Source of the DNA: an uncultured virus (IMG/VR IMGVR_UViG_3300043410_001952)
Lineage: Duplodnaviria > Heunggongvirae > Uroviricota > Caudoviricetes
IMG/VR virus record: IMGVR_UViG_3300043410_001952
DNA: 20,000 nucleotides
Direction: 5' to 3' (one strand)
In this document: in pieces, positions 15,697 through 20,000 of the stretch
Layout of the letters: each line of letters opens with the position of its first letter
How positions within the stretch are numbered: the stretch's first letter is position 1
Made by a program: the position numbers and the translations under genes
Notes under the pieces: generated by a model
What the model was told of the DNA's origin: nothing
The model's database searches: none
What the model saw: the letters and a program-made list of their open reading frames with translations, nothing else

Positions 15697-15954
15697 CTAC
15701 TTCTTTTTAAAATCACGTTCTACTTTTTCTCTGATAGCCTGAGCAATAAACTCACCTACTTCATCTTGAAAGTTCTCTGCTTCTTCTTCAGTCTTAAACT
15801 CATGTTGCAAAGCACCACAGCCTCTAACTTCTCCTATCATTTGAATTGAACCATCTTTTTCTTTATTCCAAATGTAAGTTCCTGCCTCAGCATCATACTT
15901 AACATTTGATAGCCATTTTTCTATTGTCATACTATTTATTTTTAAATTGTTCAA
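15697..15954 (-). CDS. Hypothetical phage protein (start possibly 15930)
   Basis: 85-aa ORF; QMI.EVRG.G...A..FQD.VGEFIA.AI.EK. Confidence 0.75.
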   Translation of the reverse strand: MNNLKINSMTIEKWLSNVKYDAEAGTYIWNKEKDGSIQMIGEVRGCGALQHEFKTEEEAENFQDEVGEFIAQAIREKVERDFKKK

Positions 15955-16475
15955 ATCAAAGGTACATAGCTAAATATACCTTTCTTAGTCAATTGATTTG
16001 TTCTACAATACAAAGATAAATTACCTTTATACCGTAGTAATTGTTCACTTTCTTTAACTGAATTAAATACATGGAGCAATTCCTTATTGCTATTGTAGTG
16101 GTAGACTTTTTTCTTTTTGTTTTCAGACATTTCTTTTTGCAAATCTTTTAATCTATCATGAGGTTTACATAATCCATTTTTAAAACCATGAATCATATTT
16201 TCTGAATGTGAAACCCATTCTAAATTACAAAGTCTATTATCGTGTTTAATTCCATTTATGTGATTTACAAATTGTTTATTATCAATATTGGGTATAAAGT
16301 ATGTTGCTAATAATCTATGCAAATAGAAACTTCTTTTAACTGTGTCTAAACATAATTGTACTGAAACATAACCACTCTTTCTTATGTGTGATTTTTTAAT
16401 TTTCTTGTTAGAAATTCTTCTAACTACACCGTGATTATTTATTTCATAATCAAAATCTTCTATTTGTTTCCACAT
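15951..16475 (-). CDS. NUMOD4-HNH homing endonuclease
   Basis: WKQI..F.YEI...G.VR, HRL.A..FIPN....VNHINGIK.DNR..NLEWVS.SEN..H. Confidence 0.92.
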   Translation of the reverse strand: MWKQIEDFDYEINNHGVVRRISNKKIKKSHIRKSGYVSVQLCLDTVKRSFYLHRLLATYFIPNIDNKQFVNHINGIKHDNRLCNLEWVSHSENMIHGFKNGLCKPHDRLKDLQKEMSENKKKKVYHYNSNKELLHVFNSVKESEQLLRYKGNLSLYCRTNQLTKKGIFSYVPLI

Positions 16476-17239
16476 AAGTCATCTAATTTTTGTAAATGAA
16501 TTTGAACAAGTTTAAGTAGCTCAAAAGCATCAATATCTCCTACTGGTAATGCATCATATAGCTCATTTCTTGCTTTAGATAAGTTACTATACATTCTTTC
16601 ACCTTGCCAAGATGCACCTTCCTTAAAAGCATTCACTCTTTCTAAGCCATATATAGTAGCTCCATATTTTAGTTTTGCAACTCTTTCAGCTGCTTCTTCA
16701 AATGTTTCTTGTTTAGATTCTTTTAATCCTCCCCAATAAGTCATAGGATTTCCTTTTTCATCTGTTTGTTTAGGTTCTTCTCGTGGAATGATGATTTTGT
16801 ATTTAGTTTTCATTGGATAAACAGGGTTTAAATGCGTATGTGTTTCATCCCATTCTTTATCAATTTTATAGCTTTCAATACTAACCCATTCATAATTAGG
16901 ATTTTTAACAAACCATTCTAAGAACTCATCATCAATAGCTTGAACACCATCTGAAATTAAGTCAGGGTCTGTTGTTAAGATGATTTTTCTTGCTGTGTTT
17001 TTGGTTTTGATGCCCATAAACCAATTTGCTTGAAATACTGCGTCTAAAAAAATATCAAAACACCAATCTCCTTCTTTAATTTCTTCATCAGATGTGATGT
17101 AGATGTTGACTTTACCATTAAGATTTGAGTTAATTGGAAATTCTTTAGTAGGTTTCCATAAACTACCATCCTTTTTTCTCCAAATTTGATGTGACATCTC
17201 ATTGAAACATTCTGTTGGTAATAAATGTATGTTTTTCAT
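16460..17239 (-). CDS. Conserved Bacteroidota-phage hypothetical protein
   Basis: MKNIHLLPT...NIYITSDEEIKEGDW...KIILTTD.DLI.DGVQAIDDEFLEWFVKNP...KQET.EEAAE. Confidence 0.8.
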   Translation of the reverse strand: MKNIHLLPTECFNEMSHQIWRKKDGSLWKPTKEFPINSNLNGKVNIYITSDEEIKEGDWCFDIFLDAVFQANWFMGIKTKNTARKIILTTDPDLISDGVQAIDDEFLEWFVKNPNYEWVSIESYKIDKEWDETHTHLNPVYPMKTKYKIIIPREEPKQTDEKGNPMTYWGGLKESKQETFEEAAERVAKLKYGATIYGLERVNAFKEGASWQGERMYSNLSKARNELYDALPVGDIDAFELLKLVQIHLQKLDDLCGNK

Positions 17240-17241
17240 AC

Positions 17242-17418
17242 TTATTTGTTTTTTGTTTTTACTTTTTTATATCGCCAAACACCTATTAGTTTGGGTACTC
17301 TTTCAACTGCTTTTTGCTTACCCCACAATAATTCATAGGCGATTTTAATTTCTATTTTGGATGCGGTTGTTACAAACTGATAACCGTTTGGATAAGCATA
17401 GTGGTAAAGTGCGTTCAT
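17242..17418 (-). CDS. 58-aa hypothetical protein
   Basis: MNALYHYAYPNG...IGVWRYKKVKTKNK*; ATGA overlap upstream and TAAGTATG junction downstream. Confidence 0.65.
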   Translation of the reverse strand: MNALYHYAYPNGYQFVTTASKIEIKIAYELLWGKQKAVERVPKLIGVWRYKKVKTKNK

Positions 17419-17999
17419 AAACCGATAATTTTACCTTTTGATTTGACCGTTTCGTTTTTAACCTCAATCTTGCTCAAGTTACTCGAAAACCAATAAATGA
17501 AGTGCTTGGAAACCTCGCCACTATCATTATACTTCGTTCCTACTGCTTGTTGCTCTTTAATGAAAATATCCATCATGTTTGATATTCTGCTTGGTGTAAC
17601 ATTGTGCTTCATCCCAAGTACATCAATTGCGCTTTTATTTTGAATTAAACCTTCACGCAACTCTTCAGCTGTTTTCATGGGTAACATTGATGACTTCCTA
17701 ACAAGTTGTGTTCTATCTATGAATTGCCCCCACGTGTTGTTAAACAAAATCATTTTATCAGTGATGGTTATAACTCCAGCTTTGTGTAATTCTTGAAAGT
17801 TTTTTTTCCATTTGGGGTAATTGTTAATATCCTCTTCAAACATTTCAAAAGCCATTGCGTTTTCATCAGTTGCATCTTTCCCATTAAAATGGTGCATCAA
17901 ACAATTCAAGTAAAGTAAACGTGACATTGATGAAACATTTATCTTGGCGAACTCGGTAAAAATTTTGTTGATAACCTCGAATGTTAATAAACGATACAT
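17415..17999 (-). CDS. Putative replication initiator/organizer-like protein
   Basis: N-terminal winged-helix-like segment (LLYL...EL.KAG.I.I) and C-terminal helical domain ending KHFIYW; function is an inference. Confidence 0.5.
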   Translation of the reverse strand: MYRLLTFEVINKIFTEFAKINVSSMSRLLYLNCLMHHFNGKDATDENAMAFEMFEEDINNYPKWKKNFQELHKAGVITITDKMILFNNTWGQFIDRTQLVRKSSMLPMKTAEELREGLIQNKSAIDVLGMKHNVTPSRISNMMDIFIKEQQAVGTKYNDSGEVSKHFIYWFSSNLSKIEVKNETVKSKGKIIGL

Positions 18000-18003
18000 T
18001 GTT

Positions 18004-18228
18004 TTAGAATAATGTTAATTGACTTTCTTGTTTTGGTTGTTCTGGTTTTGGTAATTCAAATGATATACCAGTTTTTGTTTCAAGTTTTTCTAATTCTTCA
18101 GCACGAATTTTTTGCTCCAATGAAGTTAAAATTGGTTGTTTTGGAATAGGGTCAGGTACTTTGTAATCATCTAAATCATCAGGAAAAACAAATGGCTTAG
18201 CTGGCTCAATATCAAATTTTAATTTCAT
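18004..18228 (-). CDS. Hypothetical protein ending in QLTLF
   Basis: 74-aa Pro-rich ORF; C-terminal QLxLF matches the beta-clamp-binding consensus. Confidence 0.7.
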   Translation of the reverse strand: MKLKFDIEPAKPFVFPDDLDDYKVPDPIPKQPILTSLEQKIRAEELEKLETKTGISFELPKPEQPKQESQLTLF

Positions 18229-19697
18229 AATGGTAACTTTTTAATGATTTTTTCTAAAACACCTACTACAATTGAATTTTCAGCTTGTTTGTATGCTTGG
18301 CTGTCAGACACATTCCAAGTAAATGTATCAGGAAAATCCATCAAACGAAAGCATTCTCTTGGTGTTAATCTTCGTATTTTGTAATTATTTGGTAAAGTAA
18401 CAATGTTTCCTCCCCAAGTTTGCTGTCCTGCATTTAAAGCTGGACTAATTGCATTTGAATCATATATTCTATTTTGTTGATATGGTTGTTTGCCTCCGCT
18501 TTCTAAACTTGGATTAAGTTGCATTACAACAGGTTGACCGCTTCCATCCTCTCTTGCTCTTGCAGGAATAGTTGGGCAATTACCATCTTCAATTTCTCTG
18601 AAGCCTTTTCCATCCTCGTGAGTTCTCCATGTTCCTACTTTTAAAAAATGGTCATTTGTAAGAGATGTTGTAATTGTGTTCATGTGGTCTTGTTCTCTAA
18701 ACTCAATTTCTTTTCCCCTAAAATCATTAGTGCCTGTTTTTTTTCTTTGTTTTTTGGATTCATCGGTTCTAACTTCTTTCGAAACTTGAACATATCCCAT
18801 AGCGTAACCATGAGTTCCTGCTGTCATTGTTTGTGATAAACCATTTTCTGAATAAACAGCACTTGCTTGAGTATCTTGATTGATAAATCCAACTTTTTGT
18901 ATTTTAACATAAGGGTCTTCTGCACCATTTTTTCCATATCTTGCAGTCATGCAACCTGAAATATCTGAATCTTCTAATGGATATTTATTAGATGAATCTC
19001 TTTTTTCTCGATGTTTATCAATCCATGACATCAATTTGTCACTCAAAAAATACTTTTCATCAACATTTTCTTCAAGTACGTCTTTAAGTCGTTTTGTCAA
19101 ATGCTCTTCTTTGGGGAATTGAAAATTGTTGTCTTCATCGTCACGTATGCCAATCAAAAAAACTCTTTCACGATTTTGTGGTACTCCATGATGTTTTGCA
19201 TTTAATACTTTCCAATATAGGTGATAAGGTACAGCATCTTCATAAGGAAAAATTACGGGCATACCATTTACAGACTTACCTCCAAGCATATTTACCCATT
19301 CTTGAAATGTCTTACCTCCATCATCTGAAAGCAATCCTTTTACATTCTCAAAAATGAAAAAACGTGGTTTATTTACTTGAATAAATTCATGTGAGTTGAA
19401 AAATAAAATACCTCTTTTATCGTCTTTTCCTAATCTTTTACCTGCTAATGAAAATGCTTGACATGGTGGCGATGTCATGTAAATATCAACACTTTCAGTT
19501 GGTATTTCTCTATCATAAACATTTTGTGGGTAATATTTAGGTTCACCGTAGTTGTGAATGAATGTATCTCTTGCGTATTTGTCCATGTCACAAGCAAACA
19601 CTGTTTCGTAATCAATCCCTAATCTTATTAGTGCTTGGTCAAACGCACCAACACCACTGAAATCAGAGCCTACCTTAATTTTTCGTTTGTTTTTCAT
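18225..19697 (-). CDS. dcm: DNA (cytosine-5) methyltransferase with long variable region
   Basis: FSGVGAF (motif I), SPPCQAFS (IV), FENVKG (VI), PQNRERVF (VIII), RRLTPRECFRLMDFPD (IX), YKQAENS (X, normally GN). Confidence 0.95.
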   Translation of the reverse strand: MKNKRKIKVGSDFSGVGAFDQALIRLGIDYETVFACDMDKYARDTFIHNYGEPKYYPQNVYDREIPTESVDIYMTSPPCQAFSLAGKRLGKDDKRGILFFNSHEFIQVNKPRFFIFENVKGLLSDDGGKTFQEWVNMLGGKSVNGMPVIFPYEDAVPYHLYWKVLNAKHHGVPQNRERVFLIGIRDDEDNNFQFPKEEHLTKRLKDVLEENVDEKYFLSDKLMSWIDKHREKRDSSNKYPLEDSDISGCMTARYGKNGAEDPYVKIQKVGFINQDTQASAVYSENGLSQTMTAGTHGYAMGYVQVSKEVRTDESKKQRKKTGTNDFRGKEIEFREQDHMNTITTSLTNDHFLKVGTWRTHEDGKGFREIEDGNCPTIPARAREDGSGQPVVMQLNPSLESGGKQPYQQNRIYDSNAISPALNAGQQTWGGNIVTLPNNYKIRRLTPRECFRLMDFPDTFTWNVSDSQAYKQAENSIVVGVLEKIIKKLPL

Positions 19698-19716
19698 GTG
19701 TTTGCTTTTTATTGTT

Positions 19717-19727
19717 GTACAAATATA
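19717..19727 (-). promoter_or_regulatory. Promoter TATATTTG(TAC) for the methyltransferase/replication operon
   Basis: Same 11-mer as at 2064 and 2173; about 20 nt upstream of the ATG at 19697. Confidence 0.7.
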
Positions 19728-19756
19728 CAAAATAACTAATTAAAAAAGCACTTGAC

Positions 19757-19999
19757 TTATTTTTTTTCTTCACTTAACATTTTGCCTATCTCATCGTAGA
19801 TAAAACGTGCTATTTTGTTAAGTTCTTGCAAATCCTTACTTGTTTTACCTGCGATTACTAAGTCTTTTGCGTATGACCAAGCGTAACCCAAAAATGCTTC
19901 TTGTCCTTTTATTCTTGAACTTGTTGCAGGAGTTGCTTTAGTTTCACTTTTTTCTTGTTTGGTTGGTGGTTTAGATTTACCTGCATCATTTGATGAGGA
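19757..19999 (-). CDS. C-terminal part of a gene starting outside the window
   Basis: Open frame ...SSRIKGQEAFLGYAWSYAKDLVIAGK...GKMLSEEKK*. Confidence 0.7.
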   Translation of the reverse strand, partial: SSSNDAGKSKPPTKQEKSETKATPATSSRIKGQEAFLGYAWSYAKDLVIAGKTSKDLQELNKIARFIYDEIGKMLSEEKK

Positions 20000-20000
20000 T

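Noticed and set aside
1..20000. Stop-codon reassignment (alternative genetic code)
   Set aside because: Genes are intact and densely packed under code 11, and TAA, TAG and TGA all serve as stops at tight junctions.

Overview
AT-rich window from a large phage (or prophage) of a Bacteroidota host. The host call rests on TAnnTTTG promoters, DUF4494, A-rich translation starts without Shine-Dalgarno motifs, and flavobacterial-phage-type small genes. At the left are a partial modular virion-type protein (minus strand) and a divergent membrane peptide plus lytic transglycosylase (plus strand). These are followed by a plus-strand non-coding island: two short promoter-RNA-terminator units, then a complete circularly permuted (two-piece) tmRNA gene that appears to lack pseudoknots and encodes the tag (A)GKIVNLFPQATSLAA. 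The rest is a long minus-strand run: RusA-like resolvase, two FkbM methyltransferases, two glycosyltransferases, a ~200-nt rod-like intergenic element (6S-RNA-like), many small paralogous hypothetical genes, an XRE HTH, a DnaA domain-IV protein, DnaB helicase, DUF4406, an HNH homing endonuclease, a putative replication initiator and a C5-cytosine methyltransferase with an expanded variable region. The permuted phage tmRNA and its neighbouring small RNA units are the most notable signal. All family calls come from motif recognition by eye; no searches were run.
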